NCBI GenBank assembly: GCA_038245905.1 | Contig: JBBRRY010000001.1 | Location: 128,001 to 192,000 of the forward strand | Reading direction: 5' to 3' | DNA length: 64,000 nt | From: Thermoanaerobaculia bacterium | Lineage (GTDB): Bacteria; Acidobacteriota; Thermoanaerobaculia; UBA5066 | In this document: one piece after another, positions 21,063 to 31,189 of the stretch | How positions within the stretch are numbered: the first letter of the stretch is position 1 | How the letters are laid out: each line of letters starts with the position of its first letter | Translations under genes and position numbers: made by a program | Notes under the pieces: generated by a model | What the model saw: the letters and a program-made list of their open reading frames with translations, nothing else | What the model was told of the DNA's origin: nothing | Databases searched by the model: none

Positions 21063-23284
21063 TGCGACGTTCCGCGCTGACTCTCGCCTTTTTCGCCGCC
21101 GCTGTCCTCGTCGCGTCGCGGCTCCTCGGTGGGACTTCCCGCATCGCCGTCACGGCGGGAGCGCGCGACTTCCTCGCGGGCGACTCAAAGGGCGTCGCCG
21201 TCTCCGCCGACGGAAGGCTCACGCTCGGCGCGGCCCTCGCGGCCCGCTCGTGGCCCGATGACGCGGCGGATGCCGCCGTCTTCGCCGCGGCGGGGAATGG
21301 TGCCGGCAGCATCTTCGTGGCCACGGGCGGTGGGCTGGGCCGGCTCTTCGTTTCGGATGGTGCGAACGTGAAGCTCCTTTTCAGCGCGCCCGAACCGAAC
21401 ATCACGGCGGTCGCCGTGGCGCCGGACGGTGCGGTCGTGTGCGCGTCTTCCCCGAACGGGAAGATCTATCGCGTCGACCCGAAGGCGACGGACGCGGCAA
21501 AGTCCGGTACGTTCGTCGGCGACCCGAAGGAGGCCGCCATCTGGGCTCTCGCCTTCGCGAAGGACGGCACGCTTTACGCGGGGACTGGGAACAAGGGCCG
21601 CATCTATCGCAAGGCTCCCTCGGGCACGCTCGAGCTCTTCCACGAGATCGAGGACGTTCACATCCGTACGCTCGCGGTCGGCCCGGACGGGACCGTTTAT
21701 GCGGGCACCTCCGATCGCGGTCTCGTGGTCGCATTTCCGGTCCACGGCGGTCCGCGCACGCTTTACGATTTCTCCCGCCCTGAGGTCACGGGCCTCGCCG
21801 TGGACGCACGAGGCGTCCTCTATGCCGCGGCTTCGCAGCTCGATCCGTCCTCGGGCCGGCCCGCGTTGACGGACGTTCGGCTCCGGCCCACCCCCACGCC
21901 CACGCCGCCGCCCGCGGGAACAGAGGAAGCGCCGCGCGGATCGGTATCCGTGTCCGCCTCGACTTCCGTGGTTCGACCCCCGGTCGAGCCCCGCTCGGCG
22001 AGCAGCTCGGAGATCGCCGTCATTCAGCCGGATGGCTTCGTGGAGCCCGGCTGGCTCTTCCCGGAGGAGTCGATCCTCGGCCTCCGGCTTGACGGAAACG
22101 GGGCGCTTCTCGTCGCCACGGGCTCCAAGGGGCGCATATACGAGTGGAAGGACCGGCGCGTCCGCCTCGTGGCCTCGACCGGCGAGAAGCTCGCGCTCGC
22201 GGTTCCCGCCGTGGGATCGGGATTCGCCATCGTGACGATGGGCGCGGCGGGAATACTGAGACCCGACGCAGGGAGCCCCCAGGCGGGCACGTTCACGTCG
22301 GCCGTGAAGGACGCCTTGCGTCTGTCGATGTTCGGACGCCTCCGCTGGGAGGGGGAGGTGCCCGCGGGAGCGGCCCTGTCGCTCTCCGTGCGGGCCGGGA
22401 ATTCGGACAAGCCGGACGCCACGTGGTCGGCCTGGATGCCCGTCGGCGCGGACGGAGGCGCACGCCCGCCGGTCGCCCGCTTCTTTCAGTGGAAAGCCGA
22501 CCTGAAGGCTTCGCCGAAGGGCGCATCCCCGGTTCTCGAGCGCGTGGAGCTTGCTTATGCCGAGCGCAACTCCCGTCCGGTCCTCGAGAATCTGACTCTC
22601 CTCGAGCCGGGAGCGGTCTTCGCCCGCGGCGGAACGGGCGTGGGCGTCCTCTCCGTGGCAAATCCCGACGAATCGGGAATCTATTCCGGGCTCGAAACGC
22701 CGCGCGACGGCGTGGGGGAGGGGCCCGGAAAGCGACTTTTCCGGAAGGGATACCGGACCCTCACGTGGAAGGGGACGGATCCGAATGGTGACACCCTGCG
22801 GTACGAGGTGGAGGCGCGGCGGGAAGAGAGCTCGACGTGGTTTCCGGTCCGCAAGGACCTCGAAGACACGTACCTGTCCTTCGACACGACGGCTCTCTCC
22901 GACGGCCGATACCGCTTTCGGGTCACCGCGTCGGACCGGCTCTCGCAGCCCGAAAGCGAAGCGCTCACGGCGCGCGAGGAGACCGGCGTCGTCCTCGTCG
23001 ACAACACGCCGCCCGTCCTGAAGGTGGAGTCGAAGAAGGTCGAAGGGGACGCGGTCGTCGTGACGGTTCTCGCGACGGACGCCCTTTCGCCCGTGACGAA
23101 GGGCGAGGGCGCCGTGAACGCGGATCGGTGGCGCCTCCTTCCTGCGGAGGACGGCGCCGCGGACTCACCGGTCGAGAAGTTCGTCTTCCGGATTCCGAAG
23201 CCCGCTGGACCGGCCGTTCTCTCGGTGCGAGTCCTCGACGCGATGGGCAACGTCGCGGCGGTTTCCGTGGAGTGGCCGTTTTGA
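21062..23284 (+). CDS. Secreted beta-propeller protein with C-terminal FN3/Ig-like domains
   Basis: Signal peptide; repeated blades (DGTLYAGTG, DGTVYAGTS); DPNGDTLRY and DGRYRFRVTASD; ATG overlaps the S55 stop. Confidence 0.75.
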   Translation: MRRSALTLAFFAAAVLVASRLLGGTSRIAVTAGARDFLAGDSKGVAVSADGRLTLGAALAARSWPDDAADAAVFAAAGNGAGSIFVATGGGLGRLFVSDGANVKLLFSAPEPNITAVAVAPDGAVVCASSPNGKIYRVDPKATDAAKSGTFVGDPKEAAIWALAFAKDGTLYAGTGNKGRIYRKAPSGTLELFHEIEDVHIRTLAVGPDGTVYAGTSDRGLVVAFPVHGGPRTLYDFSRPEVTGLAVDARGVLYAAASQLDPSSGRPALTDVRLRPTPTPTPPPAGTEEAPRGSVSVSASTSVVRPPVEPRSASSSEIAVIQPDGFVEPGWLFPEESILGLRLDGNGALLVATGSKGRIYEWKDRRVRLVASTGEKLALAVPAVGSGFAIVTMGAAGILRPDAGSPQAGTFTSAVKDALRLSMFGRLRWEGEVPAGAALSLSVRAGNSDKPDATWSAWMPVGADGGARPPVARFFQWKADLKASPKGASPVLERVELAYAERNSRPVLENLTLLEPGAVFARGGTGVGVLSVANPDESGIYSGLETPRDGVGEGPGKRLFRKGYRTLTWKGTDPNGDTLRYEVEARREESSTWFPVRKDLEDTYLSFDTTALSDGRYRFRVTASDRLSQPESEALTAREETGVVLVDNTPPVLKVESKKVEGDAVVVTVLATDALSPVTKGEGAVNADRWRLLPAEDGAADSPVEKFVFRIPKPAGPAVLSVRVLDAMGNVAAVSVEWPF

Positions 23285-24864
23285 AGAAGCTCGGGCTTCT
23301 CGCCGCCGCGATTCTTCTTGCCGCCTGCGGGGTTCGCGGAAAGAGCCAGGACAGCATCGTCCGCCGCCGCCTCGAAGGCGAACCGAAGACGCTCAACCCG
23401 ATCCTCGCCACTTTGGATCCCGAGCAGATCGTCATCGCGCTCCTCGAGCGCAACCTGCTGGATTACGACGAGAAGCTGAACCTCGTGCCGGGCCTCGCGG
23501 AGGAGGTCTCCGATTCTCCCGACCATCTCGTCTACACGATCCGCCTCCGCAAAGACGCGCGCTGGGAGGACGGCACGCCCGTCACCTCGACGGACGTCGT
23601 ATTCACCTTGACGACGCTCCTCGACCCCAAGGCACCCGCGCTCACACGCCGGGCGCTCTTCGATGGCTTCGTGAGTGCCGAGGCCGTGGACGCCCGCACC
23701 GCGCGCGTCGTCTTCAAATTGGCCGCGGCCGGCCGGCGCGACGCCTTCAACCTGCCGCTTCTCTCCGCCGCCGTGTTTGCAGGCGGCGCTGTGGCGACGC
23801 ATCCGCGCAACCGGAGCCCGCTTGCGAACGGCCCTTACCGGCTGGGCTCCTGGGATGCCGGCCGGACGATCACGCTCGTGCGCAACACGCAATACTTCGG
23901 CGAGAAGGCGGGCCCCGAGCAGGTGATTTTCCGCGTCGTCCCGGAGACGACGCCCTCTTTCGCGGCCCTCGGGACAGGGGACATCGACGAGATGCGCCTG
24001 ACGGCGGCGCAGAAGAAGGACCTGGACGCGAAGGCGGGCACGGCCGGCGCTCCGCGCGTCATCACGTTCGACGAGCTCTCGTACTCCTACCTCGGCTGGA
24101 ACAACCGGCTGCCGGTCTTCGCCGACCGCCGCGTGAGGCGCGCCCTCACGATGCTCGTGGACCGCGAGAGCATCAACCGTAACCTGTACGGGGGCCTCGC
24201 GAAAATCGCGAACGGACCGCTCCCGCCGGCGCACTGGGCGTGGGATGCCTCCCTCGCGCCGTGGCCGTACGACCCGAAGGCCGCCGAGGCGCTACTCGAC
24301 GACGCCGGGTTTCGAAGGGCTCCGGACGGGACGCGGCGAAACGGAAACGTACGCCTCGCCTTCACACTCTCGCTCGGCATGGGCAGCGACATCCAGCGCC
24401 AGCTCGTGGAGCTCGTCCAGCAGTCGTTCCGGAAGGCGGGCATCGAGATGGCGATCCAGCCGCTGGAGTGGGCGACCTTCGGGGCGAGAATGGACGCGGG
24501 AGAGCTCGACGCCTGGGCGGCCGCGCTGATCCTCGATCCGAACCCGGATCTCGCCGTGAGCTGGCATTCCGGCCAGACGCCTCCGACCGGCTTGAATTCC
24601 GCGTTCTACAGGAATGCCGAGGTGGACGGGCTCCTCGACCGCCTCAAGACGACGTTCGACAGGGAGCAGACGCGCACGCTGCTCGCGCGCGTGCAGGCCC
24701 TGATCCACGAGGACGAGCCGGTGACGTTCCTGAACGTTCCGCTGACCAAGTGGGGGATCTCCTCGCGCCTGACGAACGTGAAGACGTCACCGATCGGGCT
24801 CTTCATGTTCTGGCCGGGAGCGGCCGGCTGGCGCACGAGCGCGACCAGGGGTCCGATCTCGTAA
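23281..24864 (+). CDS. Peptide/nickel ABC transporter substrate-binding lipoprotein (family 5)
   Basis: TTG start, lipobox LAAC, LRKDARWEDGTPVTSTDVVFT, NGPYRL, VRRALTMLVDR. Confidence 0.9.
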   Translation: MKKLGLLAAAILLAACGVRGKSQDSIVRRRLEGEPKTLNPILATLDPEQIVIALLERNLLDYDEKLNLVPGLAEEVSDSPDHLVYTIRLRKDARWEDGTPVTSTDVVFTLTTLLDPKAPALTRRALFDGFVSAEAVDARTARVVFKLAAAGRRDAFNLPLLSAAVFAGGAVATHPRNRSPLANGPYRLGSWDAGRTITLVRNTQYFGEKAGPEQVIFRVVPETTPSFAALGTGDIDEMRLTAAQKKDLDAKAGTAGAPRVITFDELSYSYLGWNNRLPVFADRRVRRALTMLVDRESINRNLYGGLAKIANGPLPPAHWAWDASLAPWPYDPKAAEALLDDAGFRRAPDGTRRNGNVRLAFTLSLGMGSDIQRQLVELVQQSFRKAGIEMAIQPLEWATFGARMDAGELDAWAAALILDPNPDLAVSWHSGQTPPTGLNSAFYRNAEVDGLLDRLKTTFDREQTRTLLARVQALIHEDEPVTFLNVPLTKWGISSRLTNVKTSPIGLFMFWPGAAGWRTSATRGPIS

Positions 24865-24911
24865 TTCCATCCGGAATCTTTTTCCCGCCGTAGTGTAAGG
24901 AGTCGACGGAG

Positions 24912-26177
24912 GTGCGTCTGGAAATCGCGGTGATCGGAACGGGGATCTCGGGCCTGTCGGCGGCCTGGCTACTGTCGCGGCGCCATGAGGTCCGCGTCTT
25001 CGAGCGTGAGCCGCGCGCGGGCGGGCACGCCCACACCCAGGACGCGCCCGCCCCGGGGGGAAGAAACGTCGCGGTCGACACGGGATTCCTCGTCTTCAAC
25101 CGCGAGACATACCCGAACCTCTGCCGGCTCTTCGAAACGCTTGGGACTCCGCACCACGAAAGCGACATGTCGTTCTCCGTCCGCTGCGACGCGTGCGACC
25201 TCGAATGGTGCGGAACGGGATTCTCCGGCCTCTTCGCGCAGCCGTCGAACCTCGTGTCGCCGTCGTTCCACGGAATGCTCCGCGACATCGTGCGCTTCAA
25301 TCGCGAGGCCCCACTCCTCCTCGATCGAGCCGACGCGGACGTCCTGACTCTCGGCGCTTTCCTTCGCGAGGGCGGCTTCGGCGACGCGATGAAGCGGTAT
25401 TACCTCGCGCCCATGGCAGCCGCGGTGTGGTCGTCGGGCACGCTCGGGATCGAGGCATTCCCGGCCGCCCTCCTCGTGCGCTTCTTCAAGAACCACGGTT
25501 TCCTCGGTCTGACCACCCAGCTCCGCTGGCGCACGGTCACGGGCGGCAGTCGTCGTTACGTGGAGGCGCTCACCGCGCCCTATCGCGAGAGGATCCATCT
25601 CGCGATGCCGGTGAGATCCCTCTCTCGCGACGGGGCGGGCGTGACGCTGCGCTTTGCCGACGGCGGGACGCAGAGCTTCGGCGCCGCCGTCGTCGCGACG
25701 CACGCGGACGAAGCACTCGCCGTGCTGGCCGACCCGTCCGCGGAGGAAACGCGCCTCCTCGGCGCCTGGACCTATTCGGAGAACGACACGTTCCTGCACT
25801 CGGACGAATCCTTCCTGCCGTCGCGGCGAAAGGCGCGCGCCTCGTGGAACTACCACCTCGCGGATTGCCGCGCCCCGGCGCAGCGGGCCATCGTGACCTA
25901 CGACCTGAATCTTCTCCAGTCCGTTCCGGGTCCGGCCCGGTATCTCGTCACTCTGAATCCCGAGCGCCCTCTCGCCGAGGGAACAAGCCTTCGGAAGATG
26001 GTCTACACGCATCCCGTCTACACGACGAAGAGTCTCGCGACGCAGCCGGAGCTTCCGAAGCTGAACGGCCCGAGACGCACGTATTTCGCGGGCGCGTATT
26101 TCGGAAACGGCTTCCACGAAGACGGACTCAATTCCGGAATCGCCGCGGCCGGCGCCCTCGGAGCAGCCTTTCCGTGA
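24912..26177 (+). CDS. FAD-dependent oxidoreductase (amine oxidase family; UfaD-like)
   Basis: IGTGISGLSAA, GGHAHT, VDTGFLVFN, YPNL, GFHEDG. Confidence 0.88.
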   Translation: MRLEIAVIGTGISGLSAAWLLSRRHEVRVFEREPRAGGHAHTQDAPAPGGRNVAVDTGFLVFNRETYPNLCRLFETLGTPHHESDMSFSVRCDACDLEWCGTGFSGLFAQPSNLVSPSFHGMLRDIVRFNREAPLLLDRADADVLTLGAFLREGGFGDAMKRYYLAPMAAAVWSSGTLGIEAFPAALLVRFFKNHGFLGLTTQLRWRTVTGGSRRYVEALTAPYRERIHLAMPVRSLSRDGAGVTLRFADGGTQSFGAAVVATHADEALAVLADPSAEETRLLGAWTYSENDTFLHSDESFLPSRRKARASWNYHLADCRAPAQRAIVTYDLNLLQSVPGPARYLVTLNPERPLAEGTSLRKMVYTHPVYTTKSLATQPELPKLNGPRRTYFAGAYFGNGFHEDGLNSGIAAAGALGAAFP

Positions 26178-27016
26178 GCCTTCCCGTCCCCGCCATCTAC
26201 ACCGGCGTCGTCCGGCACGAGCGCTTCTCGCCGAAGCCGCACCGTTTCCAGTACCGCGTCTACGAAGTCCTCGTGGACGTCGACGACCTCGACGGGCTCG
26301 CGCAGCGGATTCCGTTCTTCTCGCACGGCCGCGCGAACGTCACGAGCCTCGACGACCGTGACTACATGGGGAACGGCGGCGGGTCGATCCGCGAGAAGGT
26401 GAACGGCTGGCTCGCCGGGCGCGGCGTGGCCCCTCCGGCACGCCTGTTCCTCCTGACGCACCTTCGCGTCTTCGGCTACGCGTTCAACCCCGTGAGCTAC
26501 TACTATGCGTTCGACGAGGCCGGGACGTTCGCGTTCGCTATCGCCGAGATCAACAACACGTTCGGTGAAGGGTATGCCTACCTGATCGAGCGCCCGCCGG
26601 GGGAGAACGGGGAAAACATCGCGGCGCGCTTCCCGAAGGCCTTCCACATTTCGCCGTTCATCGGCATGGACTCGACCTACACCTTTACCGTGACGCCGCC
26701 GGCGGAGTCCCTCCGCACGCACGTGGACGAGTTCGGGGCAGGGCCCGGAGGCGCGAAGTTCTTCGAGGCCTTTTTCGCGGGCCGGCGTTCGCCGTTAACG
26801 GCGCGCTCCCTCGCGGGCGCGCTTCTCCGGCACCCCCTGATGCCGTTTCGAGTCATGGCGTGGATCCATCTCCACGCGTTCTTTCTCCTCCTGAAACGCG
26901 TCCCGTCTTTCACGAAGCCTGCGCCACCCCAGGGAGCGCTTTACACCGGAGGCGCCCCCCCTTCACCGCTTGCCCGGAGAGCTCGGCCAGCCGGGAGAGC
27001 GAGGAACATCGCGTGA
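26174..27016 (+). CDS. DUF1365 family protein (UfaO-like)
   Basis: HERFSPKPHRFQY, GYAFNPVSYYY, EINNTFGE, KAFHISPF. Confidence 0.88.
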   Translation: MSLPVPAIYTGVVRHERFSPKPHRFQYRVYEVLVDVDDLDGLAQRIPFFSHGRANVTSLDDRDYMGNGGGSIREKVNGWLAGRGVAPPARLFLLTHLRVFGYAFNPVSYYYAFDEAGTFAFAIAEINNTFGEGYAYLIERPPGENGENIAARFPKAFHISPFIGMDSTYTFTVTPPAESLRTHVDEFGAGPGGAKFFEAFFAGRRSPLTARSLAGALLRHPLMPFRVMAWIHLHAFFLLLKRVPSFTKPAPPQGALYTGGAPPSPLARRARPAGRARNIA

Positions 27017-28308
27017 GCTCGACCCCTTTCGCCGAAGATCGCTCTCTCGCCCCGGGAGCCGCGGGGCCGTCCGCCGCCGATCGGATCGCGGCGCGTGTCG
27101 TGCTCCATCAGCTCGCCGGGCTGAAGGGGGGCGCGATCCGCCTCGTCCTGCCCGACGGCACCGTCCTCCGCTTCGGGGACTCGTCCACGGGCCTCTCCGC
27201 CCGCATCGCAGTAGCCCGATGGCGGGCCTTTCGCCGGCTCGTCACGGGCGGCGATCTCGCCGCGGCTGAGGGCTTCATGGACGGCGACTGGGACACGGAC
27301 GACCTCGTCGCCGTCGTCAGGCTCTTCATTCTGAACGCGGGGCGTTTCGACCGCGACACTCCGCTCGCGCGCGTCACGAACTGGGGCAATTGCCTGCTGC
27401 ACGCCGCCCGGCGTAATACCCTCACCGGCTCGCGCCGGAACATCGAGGCGCACTACGATCTCGGAAACGCGTTCTACGCGCTCTTCCTCGACGAGACGAT
27501 GACGTACTCCTGTGCGCTCTTCTCCCACGCGGACGAGACGCTCGAGGAGGCGCAGCGAAACAAATGGCGGCGCGTCGCTGATCTCGCGCGCCTCCGTCCG
27601 GGCCTCTCCGTGCTGGAGATCGGATGTGGATGGGGCGGCTTCGCGGCTTACGCGGCGAAAGAGTACGGCTGCCGCGTCACGGGTCTCACGCTTTCGACGG
27701 AGCAGATGGCACGCGCGAAAGAGCACGCGAAAGAGGAAGGCGTCGCCCCTCTCGTGGACATCCGCCTGACGGACTACCGATCCCTGCCCGAAGAGGGGCG
27801 CACGTTCGACCGCATCGTGTCGATCGAGATGCTCGAGGCCGTCGGCCACGAGTACCTCGGCCGCTTCTTCGAGACCTGCGAGGCTCTTCTCTCGCGTGAC
27901 GGCCTCGCCGTGTTCCAGGCCATCACGGTGCCGGACCACAGGCACGACAGGCTCCTTTCGCGGCCCGATTTCATCAAGAAGCACGTCTTTCCCGGCAGCC
28001 ACGTTCCCTCTCTCGCCGCAATCGCGGCCGCGCTCGCCCGGAGCACGACCCTGTTCGTGGACCGCCTCGAGGAGATCGGACCGCATTACGGCGAGACGCT
28101 CCGGCGCTGGCGGACACGCTTCCTCGCGCGCCGAGCCGAGGCGGCGGCACTGGGCTTCGACGAGCGCTTCCTGAGGATGTGGGAGTACTACCTCGCGTAC
28201 TGCGAGGGGGGCTTCGTCGAGCGCTACGTGAACGACATTCAATTCGTCCTCACGCGCTCGGGCAACCGGTCGCTCGGGCAGCTGCCGGCCTACCGGGGAA
28301 CGCCGTGA
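27013..28308 (+). CDS. Cyclopropane-fatty-acyl-phospholipid synthase family SAM methyltransferase
   Basis: NIEAHYDLGNAFY, MTYSCA, LEIGCGWGG, SIEMLEAVG, RMWEYYLAYCEGGF. Confidence 0.9.
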   Translation: MSSTPFAEDRSLAPGAAGPSAADRIAARVVLHQLAGLKGGAIRLVLPDGTVLRFGDSSTGLSARIAVARWRAFRRLVTGGDLAAAEGFMDGDWDTDDLVAVVRLFILNAGRFDRDTPLARVTNWGNCLLHAARRNTLTGSRRNIEAHYDLGNAFYALFLDETMTYSCALFSHADETLEEAQRNKWRRVADLARLRPGLSVLEIGCGWGGFAAYAAKEYGCRVTGLTLSTEQMARAKEHAKEEGVAPLVDIRLTDYRSLPEEGRTFDRIVSIEMLEAVGHEYLGRFFETCEALLSRDGLAVFQAITVPDHRHDRLLSRPDFIKKHVFPGSHVPSLAAIAAALARSTTLFVDRLEEIGPHYGETLRRWRTRFLARRAEAAALGFDERFLRMWEYYLAYCEGGFVERYVNDIQFVLTRSGNRSLGQLPAYRGTP

Positions 28309-28326
28309 GCGGGGAAGAGCTTCCGG

Positions 28327-29139
28327 ATGCCGACTGAGGCCATTCGTCTCCTTCTCCTCGGGACGGGCCTCACCCTCACGATGATGGCGGCGCTCTGGGC
28401 GTGGCATCTCGAGCTGAAGAACGCCGGAGTCGTGGACCCGGGATGGGCGGCGGGGATCGGCCTCGTCTCGCTCCTGTATGCGTTTCTCGGTCCCGGCTGG
28501 CAGCCGCGCCGCGCGGCCGTAGCCGCAATGGGACTCATCTGGTCGGTGCGGCTCACAGTCCATCTCATCCGGCGCATGCGCGGCAAGCCCGAGGAGGGCC
28601 GCTATCAGGCGCTGCGGGCGGAGTGGGCGCGTGGTGGCGCGAACGTCCCCCGGAGGTTCCTGTTCTTCTTCCTCCTTCAGGGGCTGCTGGACGTCTTCCT
28701 GGGCCTGCCGATGCTGCTCGCGGTCCTCAACCCCGAGCCGCGCTTCTCGGGATGGGAGATCGCGGGAGCGGCTCTGTGGCTCGCCTCCCTCGCGGGGGAG
28801 ACGCTCGCCGACACCCAGCTCGACGCGTTCAAACGGGATCCGGCGAACCGGGGCAGGACTTGCGACGTCGGGCTCTGGCGGTATTCACGCCATCCGAACT
28901 ACTTCTTCGAATGGCTCGTCTGGATGGCGTGGCTCGTCTTCGCGCTCGGCTCGCCGTTGGGTCCCGTCGCCGCCCTCTGTCCGGCGCTCATGTTGTTCTT
29001 CCTGCTCCGCGTGACCGGCATCCCGGCCACGGAGGAGCAGGCGCTGAGGTCGCGCGGCGAGGAATATCGGCGCTATCAGCGCACGACGAGCGCGTTCCTC
29101 CCATGGTTCCCGAAGCCGGGTCCCGGTCCGGCGCGTTGA
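28327..29139 (+). CDS. DUF1295 family membrane protein (steroid 5-alpha reductase/ICMT-like)
   Basis: NAGVVD, EEGRY, ADTQL, GLWRYSRHPNYFFE, YRRYQRTTSAFLPW. Confidence 0.88.
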   Translation: MPTEAIRLLLLGTGLTLTMMAALWAWHLELKNAGVVDPGWAAGIGLVSLLYAFLGPGWQPRRAAVAAMGLIWSVRLTVHLIRRMRGKPEEGRYQALRAEWARGGANVPRRFLFFFLLQGLLDVFLGLPMLLAVLNPEPRFSGWEIAGAALWLASLAGETLADTQLDAFKRDPANRGRTCDVGLWRYSRHPNYFFEWLVWMAWLVFALGSPLGPVAALCPALMLFFLLRVTGIPATEEQALRSRGEEYRRYQRTTSAFLPWFPKPGPGPAR

Positions 29140-29158
29140 CGCCGGACGGGATGACGCC

Positions 29159-30208
29159 ATGAATGTCGATCGAATCATCGGCTCGGGCCTCGTGCCGGAC
29201 CTCCTCCTGCGCGCCGCCATCCGACGGCTGTGCGCCGGCCGGCTCGCCGAAGAGCATGTCGGCGACGCAGAAGCCCTACAGGAGCGGCACGCTGCGTTCG
29301 TCGCGGCGATGCGGCAGGGCCCGATCGGCCTCGAGACGCGGGCGGCGAACGACCAGCACTACGAAGTCTCGCCCGCGTTCTTCCGCCTCGCGCTCGGGAA
29401 GCGCCTCAAGTACTCCAGTGCGCTCTTTTCCCCCGGTGTAACCGGGCTGGACGCCGCCGAAGAGGCGATGCTCGATCTCACGTGCCGCCGAGCCCGCCTC
29501 GAAGACGGGCAGGACATCCTCGAGCTGGGTTGCGGCTGGGGCTCGCTGTCGCTGTTCATGGCAGAGCAGTTTCCGAACGCGCGAATCCTCGCGGTGTCGA
29601 ATTCCCGCGACCAGCGCGCCGCCATCGAAGAAGAAGCGCGCCGCCGCGGCGTCGCGAACCTCCGCGTCGTCACGGCCGACATGAACGTGTTCGACCCGGC
29701 GGCGGCATTCGACCGCGTCGTCTCGATCGAGATGTTCGAGCACATGCGCAACTGGGAAGCGCTCCTGGCCCGCGTCGCGACGTGGATGCGGCCCGAGGCG
29801 CGGCTCTTCCTCCACGTGTTCTCGCACCGCGAGGCCGCTTATCCGTTCGTCCCGGACGGCGGAGCCGACTGGATGGCCCGCAACTTCTTCACGGGCGGCC
29901 TCATGCCATCCGATCGCCTCGTCTTCTGCTTCGCGGATGACCTCACCGTGGAGGAGCACTGGCGCGTGAACGGCACGCATTACGCGCGGACGGCCGAGGC
30001 GTGGCTCGAGAACCTCGACGCGCGCCGGGCGGAGGCGCTCGCCGTCTTCGCGGCGGCGGAGGGGGCGCCGGCGGACGCGAAGGCGCGCGTCGAGGCGTGG
30101 CGCGTTTTCTTCATGGCCTGTGCCGAGCTGTTTGGGTTTCGCGGCGGCAACGAGTGGTTCGTGTCGCACTACCTCCTGAAACGACGCGAAGCGAGGCGAG
30201 CCACGTAA
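29159..30208 (+). CDS. Second Cfa-like SAM-dependent methyltransferase
   Basis: ANDQHYE, LKYSS, LELGCGWGSL, SIEMFEHMRN, FFTGGLMPS, WRVFFMACAELF. Confidence 0.9.
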   Translation: MNVDRIIGSGLVPDLLLRAAIRRLCAGRLAEEHVGDAEALQERHAAFVAAMRQGPIGLETRAANDQHYEVSPAFFRLALGKRLKYSSALFSPGVTGLDAAEEAMLDLTCRRARLEDGQDILELGCGWGSLSLFMAEQFPNARILAVSNSRDQRAAIEEEARRRGVANLRVVTADMNVFDPAAAFDRVVSIEMFEHMRNWEALLARVATWMRPEARLFLHVFSHREAAYPFVPDGGADWMARNFFTGGLMPSDRLVFCFADDLTVEEHWRVNGTHYARTAEAWLENLDARRAEALAVFAAAEGAPADAKARVEAWRVFFMACAELFGFRGGNEWFVSHYLLKRREARRAT

Positions 30209-30217
30209 CATCTCGCC

Positions 30218-31189
30218 ATGGTCCCCTATCTGCTGCGGCGGGCGGCCTCGGCCGTCCTCACGCTGCTCGGCGTCCTCGTTCTCGTCTTTGGCCTGGTGAC
30301 GGCCGCTCCCGGCGATGCGGCCGCCCTCGCGGCCCGGGCAGGCGGGAACCGCGCCGTCTCGGTCTCGCCTGAAGCGCTTGCGGCGTTCCGGCATCTCTAT
30401 GGACTCGACCGCCCCGTAGCCGAACGATTCGTCACGTGGACCTGGCGCGCGCTCCGCCTGGACTTCGGTCGATCCCTCGTGGACGGCCAGCCCGTGACGG
30501 CGCGGGTCGCCCGCGTCCTCCCCACGACGCTCGCCTTGAACTTCGCAGCTCTGTTTCTGGCCTGTCTCGTCGGCGTGCCCCTCGGGGTCGGGGCGGCCCG
30601 ACGGCCGGGCGGGCACCTGGACCGGATCTCGGGATTCGTCTGCGATGCGCTCTTTGCGACGCCGACGTTCGTCCTCGGCCTTCTCCTTCTTCTCGTCTTC
30701 TCCGGATGGCTGCGCGTCACGCCTTTCTTCGCCGACGCGGAAACCGGAATTCTGGGCTTCGTGCTGCCTGTCGTCACCCTGACGCTCGCGTCCCTCGCCC
30801 TCGTGGCTCGCTTCGTGAGAGTTTGCGTCGCGGCAGCCCTTGCCGATCCGGCGGCGCGCGCGGGGCGGGCCCGGGGGGAAGGGCCGACCGCGGAGATCCG
30901 GCGCGCCCTCCGCCGTTCGTCGGCTCCGTTCGCCGCAATGGGGGCGGCTCTCGTGCCGGCCGTCGTGTCCGGCTCGATCCTCGTGGAGCGCGTCTTCTCG
31001 CTTCCCGGAGCGGGCGGCCTGCTCGCGGAGGCGGTTTTCGCGCGCGATCTGCCCACCGTACTCGCCCTCACTCTCCTGTCGGCGGCCGTCGTCGTGACCG
31101 CATCGCTGGCGGCGGACCTCGTCACCGCCGCGCTCGATCCCCGCACCGCGCGCGCGGACGACGTCGTGGCGCGAGGAGCCGCCGGATGA
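30218..31189 (+). CDS. Peptide ABC transporter permease (OppB/DppB type)
   Basis: APGD, YGLDRP, LDFGRS, VERVFSLPGAG, RDLP, DLVTAALDPR. Confidence 0.88.
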   Translation: MVPYLLRRAASAVLTLLGVLVLVFGLVTAAPGDAAALAARAGGNRAVSVSPEALAAFRHLYGLDRPVAERFVTWTWRALRLDFGRSLVDGQPVTARVARVLPTTLALNFAALFLACLVGVPLGVGAARRPGGHLDRISGFVCDALFATPTFVLGLLLLLVFSGWLRVTPFFADAETGILGFVLPVVTLTLASLALVARFVRVCVAAALADPAARAGRARGEGPTAEIRRALRRSSAPFAAMGAALVPAVVSGSILVERVFSLPGAGGLLAEAVFARDLPTVLALTLLSAAVVVTASLAADLVTAALDPRTARADDVVARGAAG

